This document shows positions 30,450-42,223 of a DNA stretch of 44,119 bases, in pieces. The position numbers and the translations under genes were made by a program. Every line of letters begins with the position of its first letter. The first letter of the stretch is position 1. The stretch comes from an uncultured Nitrososphaeraceae archaeon. Its GTDB lineage: Archaea > Thermoproteota > Nitrososphaeria > Nitrososphaerales > Nitrososphaeraceae. The stretch is from positions 1 through 44,119 of the forward strand of contig CAWIMJ010000037.1 in the NCBI GenBank assembly GCA_963837175.1, written 5' to 3'. Under the pieces are notes generated by a model. The model was not told the DNA's origin. It did no database searches and saw only the letters and a program-made list of their open reading frames with translations.

Positions 30450-30664
30450 CTTTTTAAAATACTATATGATTGAACACGTGGATAATCCTATAGAGTATGG
30501 GCATTTAATCTTTTTCTTGTTAGTTCTATAATATGATCAGATCTGGTCTTATTCCTTGATGCCATTGGTAATTCTGATCCTAGGTAAACCCATTTTATAT
30601 AATTGCTCATTTCGAGTTCAATAACAATCCATAGATAGGTATAATGATAACAAACTATTGATAA

Positions 30665-30853
30665 TTAATTTAATTTCTTAATCACACGCTCTTGATTTTG
30701 CATTAAACTCTGCAATGAAGGATGAAAATGGGTAACATCGTCCATTCTCTCACATTTACCACATATCCATGATATATATTCCTTACAGATAGTACAGACT
30801 GAAATAGGAGTCAAATATACTCCACACCCTCTGCACAATCCTTTGTTAAACAT
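30665..30853 (-). CDS. Small Cys/His-rich zinc-finger protein
   Basis: CRGC, CTIC, CGKC and HFH within 62 aa. Confidence 0.75.
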   Translation of the reverse strand: MFNKGLCRGCGVYLTPISVCTICKEYISWICGKCERMDDVTHFHPSLQSLMQNQERVIKKLN

Positions 30854-31770
30854 ATAATAAATTTAAGTATTAGCTAATATAAATTATAATATTAATGTAA
30901 TCAGTGCAATATTTAACATAACCAACTAGACCTTTTAATCAGCTTGCAAGTATTCATATAAAAAACAAGTTTCTCTTACTCGTGTATTAATGCACATACT
31001 TTGAGAATTTGTCCAGTTACGAAACTAGACATATTGTCCATCCATAACTCAGACTATTACAGTGCAGAACTTTATAGCCTGATAAGAAGCAAGAAACAAG
31101 CAAATAACTAACCTTAAGCTATTTTTTAAGCGTATTTAGATTATGAAGCCTAGAATCTGAACACCTTATGGCATGTCTGGATTAGGTACATAATTTCACG
31201 ATAGACGATATTTATCCATCCGATGTCATATCTTTAGAATTACCCTTTGATAATATTATACCATTTCATTAGGCCCTGTATTAATATTATTTTATGTAGT
31301 GTGCATCACCTATTTGTTGCAGTTCCTTTCTTTGAAACGATGTAAATTCAGATTCATATTATAATTAATGATTCGATTCGATTCAATTCAAGTTCTTATT
31401 TCAATCCTAATTCTATGAATAATACTTTCTTTAGTGAAGACATTACATTATAAGATTCTTCATTTGTTGCTTATTAATAATATTCTCTCTTTTCTAATGA
31501 TGCGGTCATAAAATTATGTTATTCTCTGCCATATCCGCCGCCATCTCGGATATAACAGCCTACTAGTCCAGTAAGAATTTGAACCTTGCTGGTGAATATG
31601 TTAGTATTTTTATAGCAAAGTGTTCCGAGCAAATATGAATCAGATAAAAATTTAATATTTGTTAATTATACAAATTAATTAAGTTTAATTCATCTTTATT
31701 GATATCATTAGAAAGCAGACAATTTAGCAAAATGTCATAATATAGCCAAATATGTCAAAATGTCAAAACA

Positions 31771-32661
31771 TCATGGCTGATTATATATTTTCTCTCCAGG
31801 TATGATCTCCCTTACACTGAGGTTTTTGAAATCCCATATAAGATTATCCGATCTGAAGGTAACGATAGTCCCTCCATTTGTTACAATGTAATCTTTAGCT
31901 TTACCACAATTAGCACTATAAAATATATTATCAGGACTATTAGCAAACCATCCGCCATCATCTATAAGATCTGTTACTTTCACCCAGTAGTTAGTATTCT
32001 TATTATCTATATATGACTCCATTTTTACTGCTGTGTCATTGTTAATGTTATACATCACTACTTTCCATCCAATCCATCTTCCTAGAATTGAATCAGTAAG
32101 AACTTTGGCTTTGGCTCGTTCAGCTGTATAGCCACCAACCTGCCATATTTCTTTTTTCCAACCTACAGAACCATCAATGTGTAATCCCCCATGCAGAGCT
32201 GTACCTTCACATGGAATATCATTATTTTGTATACCACCTCTTGCAGACCAGTCAAGATCAGTATTATTAGGAGATGACTTTGATACTACTTTTACATAGC
32301 CTGTGATCTCTACATTCTTCCAGGGTTCAGCACCTGGAAGAGTATCTATATTCATTCTAACCATTGGTGCATCAATACGCCATGAAGCGTCCTTTTGCTT
32401 AGTTATATTATGGTTGGATGTGATAGAAAATATGCCATCACTCTTTGGATTACTCATGTCGATAAACCATTCTCTTCCACCTTGCGTTGTTGGATACATC
32501 TTCTTTATTCCAAATTTATCAGTTGTATTATTATCATCATAGGATTGAAAAGTTTCCTCGTTGTCAATAGCTACATTTTTGGTTTCTTCAGTTGTAGCAC
32601 CACCAAAAAAAATAGTTGCTAATGTCAAAAATATCATAAGTGCTATATATGCAGCAATCAT
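31771..32661 (-). CDS. Secreted Trp-rich beta-sandwich protein (Nitrososphaera-type, possibly carbohydrate-binding)
   Basis: Signal anchor; DKFGIKKMYPTTQGGREWF, WKNVEITGYVK, WIGWKVVMYN and FRSDN. Function inferred only. Confidence 0.8.
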   Translation of the reverse strand: MIAAYIALMIFLTLATIFFGGATTEETKNVAIDNEETFQSYDDNNTTDKFGIKKMYPTTQGGREWFIDMSNPKSDGIFSITSNHNITKQKDASWRIDAPMVRMNIDTLPGAEPWKNVEITGYVKVVSKSSPNNTDLDWSARGGIQNNDIPCEGTALHGGLHIDGSVGWKKEIWQVGGYTAERAKAKVLTDSILGRWIGWKVVMYNINNDTAVKMESYIDNKNTNYWVKVTDLIDDGGWFANSPDNIFYSANCGKAKDYIVTNGGTIVTFRSDNLIWDFKNLSVREIIPGEKIYNQP

Positions 32662-33524
32662 TATCTTTGCAGTAATGGCAGTTTTAAGGCCAGTTTAAGT
32701 TTTATGGTTCATCAATGAATATTCTATAAACATTTATAGATAATTTCTTCTCACAAAGGAATCTTCTATGTATTATGGTAGCTAGATCTAGTTAAGAAGA
32801 AATTGCAGACCATGAATTTATCAATCATTTCTAAGTTGAACCATTGTATTTGAACATCCTAATTCATATAATCGGTCCTCGGGATTTAATCATCTAAATA
32901 TATATAATATGGAACAGTTTCTCAAGGCTCATCCCCTTTGAACCACATCATTAATACAGCTTTAATCTACACTACAATATTATGATGAAGATAATTATAT
33001 ATTGAAGAACAACACCGACTTACTATCGTTTGTTGAACTGGAAGCCCCAACATAATTAAATGAAAATAAGGTTAAAAGATATAATTTTATGGTATAATAT
33101 CGTATGTATTGGGTATGTCTATATTCTAAAATATAAAATAAAATTGTCCTTTTACGCGATAGTTTATTATAAATTGTTTTAATAAATGTGTGTAGTCGCT
33201 GCTTTGTAGGAAGGTGGTAAGGATTTGCTTATGAATGTGCTTAGTAGCCCCTTAACAGAATCTTGTTAATAGATTAGATATTTTAGGGAAACTTGTTGCT
33301 TACAAATTAAGCAAAGAAGCAAAAAAGAGAATCGAAAATAGGATCTCGTGATTCTTACTTGCAACATATGAGATCAAACAATAAGTCTTTGAAGGAAAGA
33401 TATTATAGTCATCACTCATTATAGCATTTTATTGACCAATAGATTTTCATTAGCACTAAGTGTATAATTTTACTCTATTTAATAAATGCATTTTTATATT
33501 CTGTATATTTATCTACTTTACAAT

Positions 33525-34850
33525 TTGCAAGATTTCTACAATATTGTGATTATTGGCGGCGGTATTTTGGGTGCCTCCTTAGCATATTTTTTAACCTCTG
33601 TGTCTAATTCAAAGATAATACTTATTGAACAGGAAAAAGATGTAGCTGTTCATACAAGTTCCAGAAATACAGGTAAAGTACACGCTCCTTTTATTTACGA
33701 TCCTGTGAAAAAGAAAACTTTTGCAAAAGCTGCATCGTTAGGATATGAGATGTGGCAAAACTATTCATACTATAAGAAGATTTTGTTCAAACAGGACGGA
33801 GTATTAGAAGTAGCGAACGATCAAATTGGTATCGACACACTTCATAAATATATGGAATGGGGAGAGGCTAACGGTCTACTTAGAGAACAAGATTTCAAAT
33901 TTCTCGATAGAAACGAAACAAAAGCGATCGAACCAAATGTTCGTTGTTGTTCAGCCATATATTGTTCGAAGGATGCCTCTGTAGATTATGGTTCTTTGAC
34001 AAAGAATCTGATACAAGATTCTAAATCGTTTGGATGTACGGTCCTACTCGGACATAGAGTTAAGGGAATTTCACAATCTACAGTCAATAAAACGTTGACA
34101 TTGATATTAGAACAAGGAATTGAAAAAAAAATTAATACTGAATTTGTAGTTAATGCAGCAGGAGGTAATTCCATAGACATAGCCCATTCTCTAGGTATTG
34201 CAATGGAACTTACCGATCTTCACTTTAAAGGGGAATATTGGATAGCACCACCAGAATATAATGATCTTACAAAGATGAGTATTTATTCAGTGCCAAAATA
34301 TCCAGAATATCCTTTCCTAGATCCCCATTGGATTGTGCGTATTGATGGAAGATGTGAAGTTGGTCCAAATGCAGTTCTAGTCTTTGGTCCTTATGCATAT
34401 AATTTGAGCAAGAATTTAAAGTATCTTATACCCAAGCTATTTGAATCATCAAGAATGTCAGGAGCTCGTAAAATCTTTTTTGACAAAAAATTCTTATTTC
34501 TTGCCAGTAATGAATTAAAAAGTTCGCTCTCTAAAACTGCAATGATAAATAGAGTAAGAGAATTTCTACCCCAGCTAAGAACATCTACATTCACCCAAAG
34601 AGGAACCGCCGGAATTAGATCAACTCTTATAGATAAAGATGGGAAATTTCTTCCAGATACATTAATCATTAAAAAAGATCATTCATTACATTTCCTAAAT
34701 TATAATTCGCCTGGTGCTACAGGAGCTTTACCGATGGCCGCTTTGCTCGTGAATAAATTAATTGAAGATGGATTAGTGATTCCAAATCCATCAGGAGCAC
34801 AGAAATCGCTTTGGGACATTCAATCAATATCTGCAAAAATGCAGCTTTAA
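33525..34850 (+). CDS. FAD-dependent oxidoreductase, L-2-hydroxyglutarate oxidase (LhgO)-like
   Basis: IIGGGILG, HTSSRNTGKVH, FKGEY, GPNAV and NSPGATGA. TTG at 33525 preferred over the ATG at 33486. Confidence 0.9.
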   Translation: MQDFYNIVIIGGGILGASLAYFLTSVSNSKIILIEQEKDVAVHTSSRNTGKVHAPFIYDPVKKKTFAKAASLGYEMWQNYSYYKKILFKQDGVLEVANDQIGIDTLHKYMEWGEANGLLREQDFKFLDRNETKAIEPNVRCCSAIYCSKDASVDYGSLTKNLIQDSKSFGCTVLLGHRVKGISQSTVNKTLTLILEQGIEKKINTEFVVNAAGGNSIDIAHSLGIAMELTDLHFKGEYWIAPPEYNDLTKMSIYSVPKYPEYPFLDPHWIVRIDGRCEVGPNAVLVFGPYAYNLSKNLKYLIPKLFESSRMSGARKIFFDKKFLFLASNELKSSLSKTAMINRVREFLPQLRTSTFTQRGTAGIRSTLIDKDGKFLPDTLIIKKDHSLHFLNYNSPGATGALPMAALLVNKLIEDGLVIPNPSGAQKSLWDIQSISAKMQL

Positions 34851-35149
34851 ATTATAATTGAATATTAAGTCTGAACTAAATTCATGCCTCATTATTAGAA
34901 TAGTATAGAAATTATACTTGCAACAAAAGATATGAACAGTTTGTTCTATTGTTACCAAAATATCTATTATTCTCATATAATATTCGTGAAGAATATTTGA
35001 CAGCGTTGGCTGATGACAGGTTAAATTTTCAAATTCATAAATTAGAATTTGTATAACATTTATACTTAATGTCAAATTTACCGCCGTTTTAGCATTACCA
35101 ATATTTTATAAAACGGAACATAGAAACAATCAGAAATGTAAAATCTTTG

Positions 35150-35223
35150 GGGGCCGTTGTCTAGTTTGGTATGATGCCAGCCTCGGGCGCTGGAGATCGC
35201 TGGTTCAAATCCGGCCGGCCCCA
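35150..35223 (+). tRNA. tRNA-Pro(CGG)
   Basis: GGGGCCG/CGGCCCC acceptor, CCAGC-CTCGGGC-GCTGG anticodon arm and GGTTCAAATCC. Confidence 0.96.
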
Positions 35224-35736
35224 TTGAATCCTTGGTTCAAAATCCTAAAGACAACAAACACACAAATCTTATATCCTCTGTACCAACCAACCACATAATT
35301 AAATTCTCATCATATCCATATTCACAAACATATAAGATCAAAGATTTATCAGGATGCACTATGGACAGAAAATGGTTATTACGTACATGACCAATTGAGA
35401 CATTAATATTAAAAAAGGAATAAAGTCTAACATTATATATGTATGAGTTATCTTTAAAAGTAGTATTGATAGACGCTGACGCCAAGTGATGAAAGATAAA
35501 TACAGTTTTATTCATCTAAAGGCAACATACTTACCCATAACATATCATATTGCTAAGAAATTTTCATGGATTTTTTTATCTCTTTCACACTTCTTTCCAC
35601 CTATCACTGAATGTGAAAAAAATTGGTATACTCAACTCTATCGGTCTATCGAAGGCTTGACTATATCTCTTAATTAGACATGCTAATCAATACAAAAACA
35701 ATAATATATGAAGAATTGAAACATTACTGCTAATTT

Positions 35737-36063
35737 ATGTCTATTAAAAAGAAAACAGTGCCTATTAATAATTGGCTGCAGAATATACGTGGCGGTTGGA
35801 GAGATGTTGAATGTCCATGTGGAAGTAATTTTCATTTTGATGGAAAAATTGATAATCTCTTTTCATGGGAAGGGGTTCATCTAAGACACATGATCTCGGA
35901 TTCTGAAAATCACGATATGCTTTCCTTTTATCCCAAAGATATGGTGATCTTCTATCACTCTAAAAGTGGATATGTTGTGGAAAGAAGAAAACACAGCGCA
36001 GAGGAGATTAGTGACTTACGACATGCTTGTATCTATGGTCAAACAAAGTTAGCAGGTGTGTAG
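35737..36063 (+). CDS. Hypothetical protein with CPCG and HxxH motifs
   Basis: 108-aa ORF containing VECPCGSNF and VHLRH; possible zinc site. Confidence 0.7.
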   Translation: MSIKKKTVPINNWLQNIRGGWRDVECPCGSNFHFDGKIDNLFSWEGVHLRHMISDSENHDMLSFYPKDMVIFYHSKSGYVVERRKHSAEEISDLRHACIYGQTKLAGV

Positions 36064-36460
36064 TTCATTAATATTATAACTATGATTCTTAAAATTCTAC
36101 TAGAGACTCAGTATTATGAGTTATATCTTTCAATATTACCATAACTATCTATATAATAATGGAAAGTAAAAATCCGGTCATTATGAGCATTATCTGATAT
36201 ATTTTGCTTTCTTCATTATCTTCTGTTTTATCTTGGTTAAAAATAAATTCTCCGTCAGACCACCCCCACAAATAATATCATTTAGATATTGTGTTACCAA
36301 ATTCAAAAGTAAGAAATTTGTGAGTCTTCAACATAATACATAACTCCAATTGATAGATGTAACTTATTTACCCTAAAACCTCTTTATCAAGGAGTTTGAA
36401 GTATCAATTTAATGTAAGAAATAAAAAATTGTAAAAGACTATTGCTAATAATCAGCAGAT

Positions 36461-36610
36461 TCATTTAGAATGGACCTTCGTACGCAGATACTCACTTAAT
36501 ATTACTCTGATAGTTTCAGGAATTGTTTCCAGATATCTGTCTTTACGCTCCTTTTCTAATATTTTAACCATATCATATGGTAACGCTACCATGATTTTCC
36601 TCATTGCCAT
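36461..36610 (-). CDS. Ribbon-helix-helix (CopG/Arc-like) micro-protein (49 aa, not in ORF track)
   Basis: MAMRKIMVALPYDMVKILEKERKDRYLETIPETIRVILSEYLRTKVHSK*: alternating beta strand followed by two amphipathic helices. Confidence 0.8.
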   Translation of the reverse strand: MAMRKIMVALPYDMVKILEKERKDRYLETIPETIRVILSEYLRTKVHSK

Positions 36611-37114
36611 GCCGAGATACCATTATATATTGTTAGATGTTCTTATAAATCTGATCCTGCAAATAACAATCCAGTAGTTGTGTGAAATACTTAATATTAG
36701 TAAGAATCATAGATAACAAATTTTAGTAGATAATTTGACGATGATTATGATAAAATGAATTAGTCATTAGAAAAAAAGATTTGAAATACAGGTAGAAGCC
36801 ATAATTTGCTATTACTGACTTATCAATAAGAAAGGCTATCACAAGAACGCGTTGAAAAATTTTTGTATCTATTATATTATTATATCATATTATTAAGGAA
36901 AAAAATTTTTGATTTGACGTCTAATACCGCTCATTATTATGATAATTGAGGATGATTAAATTTTTAAATAGTGTTAACTTTTATATTAAATAATATTTAC
37001 ATTAACATAAAATCATAAAAATTGATATATATATTATAAGCATTTATCTAATAATTAATATGAGAAGTAGATTAAGTTAACACAAAAGGCTAACAAAATT
37101 ATATATTTGATAAT

Positions 37115-38462
37115 CTAGTAATGACGACTTCGTCTTCCGTCTTCATTACTTTGTCCTTGTCCATATTTATTTCGTTCATTTCTATTTCCGCTATAGCCTC
37201 CGTAAGTTCCACTTACACGCCTATACCCAAAGCTCCGCCTACCTCTGCTATCGCCATAGCCTCCGCTTCCACGAGAGCTATTGTTATTAATATAACTTCG
37301 CCTTTGCCGATATCCATGCGATCTGTGCTGAACTACAGGAACTTCGATTCCCATTTCTTCATTTAATTTGCGTATAGGATGTTCAGTCTGTCTCAAAATT
37401 CTCCCAAAATCTTCGGTCCTATCTTGCGAAACCAAGGAAATAGCCTGACCTGCGCCTCCTGCTCTAGCGGTTCTCCCAATTCTATGGAAATAAATCAATG
37501 GGTCTTCTGGTATGTCGTAGTTTATCACATGACCCACTGCTGGAACATCTATTCCCCTTGCTGCAATATCTGTGGCTACTAAGACATCTTCAACTCCCTT
37601 TTTAAAACGATACATGGAATTGTCTCTTTGCTTTTGAGATAGGTCGCCATGAATAGTGATTGCTTTGAAACCTTCTTGTTTCAATTCCCAAGCCAATTTC
37701 TGTGTTCTCTGTTTCGTAGCAGCAAAAACAATTGTCTGCTTTTTGTCCCTGCTTCTGATTAAGGAGCAGAGATGTGTAAACTTTTGTCTTTCCTGTACAA
37801 TTAAATAAGATTGATCTATTGTATCAAGGCTTAATTCTTCCTCATTGAGCATGATCTGTTGAATGTTTTTCATGTATTCTTGAGCCAATCTTAATATCGC
37901 AGGTGGCATAGTCGCAGAGAACAAGCATGTTTGTCTATCTTCATTCACATAAAACAAAATGAACTTTATGTCGTCGATAAAACCCATATCTAGCATTCTG
38001 TCTGCCTCGTCAAGCACGACATACTTTACATTCTCGAGCTGAATAGAACCATGTTTTACATGATCAATTAATCTACCAGGAGTTGCAACTACTATTTGTA
38101 CTCCTCTTCTTAATTGATCATGTTGAAGGTTGATACTTTGTCCTCCATATATGGACACAGTTTTGATGCCAGTATATTTTGCAAACTTGTTGATCTCAGT
38201 TGTTACCTGCATTGCTAGTTCTCTGGTAGGCACAAGTATAAGTGCTTGAATGGGACCGTTACGCTTTAATTTTGTTAATATCGGTAAGGAAAAAGCGAGC
38301 TGTCTTACCAGTTCCTGTATGCGCCTGGCCTACCACATCTACACCCTTTAAAACAAACGGTATAGCTGCTTCTTGAATAGGAAACGGCGCTTCAAATTTA
38401 TTTTCTTTGAGTGCTTTATTTATTTCAGCACCCAGTCCTAACTCTTGAAATGTTTTTGTCAA
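37115..38462 (-). CDS. DEAD-box RNA helicase (CshA/DeaD-like), split by one +1 frameshift near 38297
   Basis: Q motif and TGTGKT in 38259-38462. [33 protein letters not shown] and a G/R/S/Y-rich tail in the other frame. Confidence 0.95.
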
Positions 38463-39177
38463 TTTATGTTTTCACTTAAGTTATGTACAAAAGCTACGGA
38501 AGACGAGAGAAGTAATTCTTATTTTACTTACAGATCCGCCGTAAATCCTTTGTTTGATTATTGTATAAATTACACAGATATAAGGCATGCGGAAATAGGT
38601 AATTATGCATGTCAATAAGTGATTGTGTAATTAAGAAGGATAAAAATTTCAAAAGCTAGTTGTGTATTGTGGACTAAACATGTAATGAGTTAAAAATGCT
38701 ACATATTTCAAATGAGTTTAAATAATATGTATAATCTATAATATCTCAGATGATTTTAATGATTTGTATTAAAATTAGTTACATCACCATTATTTATCAT
38801 ACTGGCGGTTACATTAGAAAAACCAGTACTAATGTTATAACCAATAAGAGTGGTTCCTGCAAATAGTATATAATGAAATTATCCAGTATTCAATTGTTTT
38901 GTATATTGCCATGGGATATTATTCTAATTATATTGATATTTGATAGTTCACGTATACACATTAGTGTCATGTATTATGATAGCGAGATTAATAATCAATA
39001 ACATATAATTATTAATGTAACAAAACTTAAATAAATGAATCTCTTGCTTAGTATATTGTACTCTCCTTATATATCAATTTATCAAAGTGGATCGACTATA
39101 TTTACGTTTTCTGATGACAATTTTGATAGCCATAATAGTAAATGACTATCATATTTAAAAATATGTAGAACGAATCA

Positions 39178-40093
39178 TTATCTGTGAGCCTTTATTAGAA
39201 CATAGTCGATAATTCCTTTTTGATATACCTCCTTCATTTTTAATGCAGATTTGTAGAAGATATTTTCAAATACGTCATATAGAACAGTATGAAAATAAGA
39301 GTGATTCTCTTTTAAAATTGCATACTTTATTATTTTTCTGTTTTGAATATAGTAATCAGTAAGAGGTTCATATACATGCGAACCTATGTGCTGTATATCA
39401 ATTATCTTAAAACCTGCTGCTTTAATCATAGATTTAACATTTGTTAGTTTATAGTGCTCTGATGCCCACGTTAAAGAAAGGATTCCGAGTTCCATAAACT
39501 GATGCGTTAATGGTTTAGTTGTTGTTATAACAGGAATAGCGAGCTACAAATAATCCATCATGTTTTAAAATCCTTTTAGATTCTTGCATAAACTGAATCA
39601 ATGATTTAAAATGTTGTGCAGACTCTAAAGCAACTACTCTATCCGCACATTGGTCTACAAATGGCAATATTGTAGCGGCAGCATTTACAAATGATATTTC
39701 CTTGGTATTACTAAGTGTTTCAGTTTTAGAAGCTGGTGTATTACTAACTAATTTTGTAGCAGCTTTTATTTGTATGAGATTGACATTTATACATGTAATA
39801 TTTAGAAAAGTATAAATGGACTTCCAGTGTATTGCTGGCGCAGAAAATCCACTTCCAATATCTATCACCTTGTTTGCAGAGTCCAGATTAGCAAATTCTC
39901 CGACCAGCGTACAGAGTTCATTTTGTGCCTGTAACGGGTTCTTTGTCTTTTCGCTCCAATAGCCAAAATTTAGCATATTACTTCCCGTTGCACGTCCTAT
40001 ATACGGTGTCATAAAATTGTAATAATTAACTACATCACGTTCATTTCGTCTAAGAATCCACAAAGGAAAGTGAAGTAAATTTACTTCAAACAA
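39178..40093 (-). CDS. Class I SAM-dependent methyltransferase, split by one +1 frameshift near 39541
   Basis: LNFGYW, VIDIGSGF and ALESAQHF. Continues as AIPVITTTKPLTHQFMELGIL in the shifted frame. Confidence 0.88.
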
Positions 40094-40833
40094 ACTTGAT
40101 ATTTTAATTACCTTATGATATAATACAGTTTATTTTCTATGATATTCTATAATTTAATTCAATATATCACTGCTATGCTCTAAAGTAATAAGAAAGGCAA
40201 CTAATTCAAAGGAATTAGATAAACTTTCTGCTAACGTCAGAGTTGATCATTGCAATGTTATGATGATGATTTGCCAATTTAACTCCTGCTTATATATTTT
40301 TATCTTTATGAGTAATTTTTAGATAAATTGAATGGGCTCCTGCTTGCTATATACATAGTTGAAATTTTTATTTACATGAATACTGTACCGTAACTTCTCA
40401 TAAGGACTACCAATTCATGATGATAGTGCCTGTGCTTGTTCTTGTCCTTGAGTTGTTATGATATTAGTGGAAGCTATAGATTTAGATATGCCAACTTCAT
40501 CTGATAGTACTCGAGATTCCAATTCTGTATGGTACCAACTTTTGAATTAAGTACCATACTTTTCATATCGACAAAAATATATTTCCAATCTAGGCAAGAC
40601 CAGGACCATGAATTAACAAATCATGAGCTAGATAACGTTGTCATTAATATAGACAGCATATCCTTCATCAAAGTGAGAATCATTTGCTAATAATCTATCT
40701 TCATCTTTGTAAATCTTCTCATTAATCTTTTTACCATACTCAGACGTCTCTAATGTGTGTAAAACAACACCATCTTATATATTGGAATGCCCACCAATAG
40801 CACTCAGCAATGAATTACCAATCATTCTTCATC

Positions 40834-41055
40834 TTAGTCTATTGCTTTTGTTTTTTCCTTCTTTGAAGTTTGCCACCAGTCAAGATAATCGTCATGCAGT
40901 CGCTTTTTCTTGTACGCAGAGTCCTTTTCAGTTTTATCGCGTAACTCATCGATTTTTTCTCTGGATGCAAACAGTCCACAGCTCCGGCAGATAAAATTCT
41001 TGCTAATAGAATCAAATTTTAATTCTCCACCACATTCTGGACAAAAGCTTGCCAA
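40834..41055 (-). CDS. Small zinc-ribbon protein
   Basis: FCPECGGEL...FICRSCGL followed by a charged tail DYLDWW. Confidence 0.85.
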   Translation of the reverse strand: MASFCPECGGELKFDSISKNFICRSCGLFASREKIDELRDKTEKDSAYKKKRLHDDYLDWWQTSKKEKTKAID

Positions 41056-41237
41056 ACAAAGTTGATCACTTTTACTTAAATAAAAGTATTATGAATATAG
41101 TTATTAAAAGTAACATGTTGTCTCTATTGAATGACAATTAAGGTAAAATTTTTGTTTACACATATACGGGGTATAAATCGCCAATCTCTCAAAATCAGCA
41201 TGAGGTTTTTAAAGATTAGAAGTCAGACACGACATAA

Positions 41238-41483
41238 ATGGACAGCATCATAAAAGAAGATATTTCATTCATTCAATTATTCAAGGAATTTGTTGCTAAC
41301 CAAACGGAAGCCTATAACTACTACAATAGGAAATGGATTATAAAAATTAAATCATGTAGCATCAGGAGCATATATTATAGGCTAGCTTCTGAAATTAGGT
41401 TGAAAAAACGAAGTTTTAATATACCTTTTATAAAGGGGGTTATGCATCTAGAGGACGATCAGATTGATATAATAATATTATAG
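41238..41483 (+). CDS. Hypothetical protein (doubtful)
   Basis: 81-aa ORF with no motif, in a decayed region. Confidence 0.3.
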   Translation: MDSIIKEDISFIQLFKEFVANQTEAYNYYNRKWIIKIKSCSIRSIYYRLASEIRLKKRSFNIPFIKGVMHLEDDQIDIIIL

Positions 41484-41809
41484 ATCAAAGATTGTATTAA
41501 AGAAATAATTGTGTGTATCAGAAATTATCTCGATATTGCGACAAAATCTGTTATATGAATAGTTAAACAGTATCCGAAGAATAGTTCCTTGTTAAGTCAT
41601 CATTCTCCTTGAAGTGTTTCCAAATCTTCCTTTACGACATACTGCATAAGAGATCAGGTATTAGTAGATCTATTGTGGTTAAAATCATTATTACATATCC
41701 TACAGAAAGTTTGTTACGGTGCATGGACTTTTATCGTCATTCCGTTTTGAAACGGTCAGTTCGCCCATCAACTGCCATGCACCGATATGAAAATTCTGGT
41801 TCTCAAAAA

Positions 41810-42223
41810 TTAAACTGTTTGTATTATAATTTTTTTGTTATCTGCATCAACAATGATTTCTAATCCTGTTATTATATCAGAAGATGACACTTTTTCAGAC
41901 GTATCGACAAGGGGAATATTTGAAATTGCACATCCAGAGGCGGTTATTATATCTGCTTTGTTGCTACATATTACTGCTCTAGGAGCAACTCCATTTACTT
42001 TTAAGGAATATATTACATAGGCGCCAACACTACTACCTATAGCATGTGGAAAAACCAAAATAGCATCTTTCATAGATTTACCATACAACTCATGGTTTCG
42101 ATCTTTAAAGATATACTTTTTTGTGTCTATCATTGCAAGAAAGTTGATTGGTTGTTTAGTAACAAGTGCTTTTCCACTGCCACTTCCACCCACAATTCTA
42201 CGGCAATTAATTTGAATATTCAA
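41810..42223 (-). CDS. Aconitase X small (swiveling) subunit, DUF126; putative phosphomevalonate dehydratase subunit
   Basis: GSGKALVTKQPINFL, LVFPHAIGSSVG and APRAVI. Coupled to the large subunit. Confidence 0.92.
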   Translation of the reverse strand: MNIQINCRRIVGGSGSGKALVTKQPINFLAMIDTKKYIFKDRNHELYGKSMKDAILVFPHAIGSSVGAYVIYSLKVNGVAPRAVICSNKADIITASGCAISNIPLVDTSEKVSSSDIITGLEIIVDADNKKIIIQTV

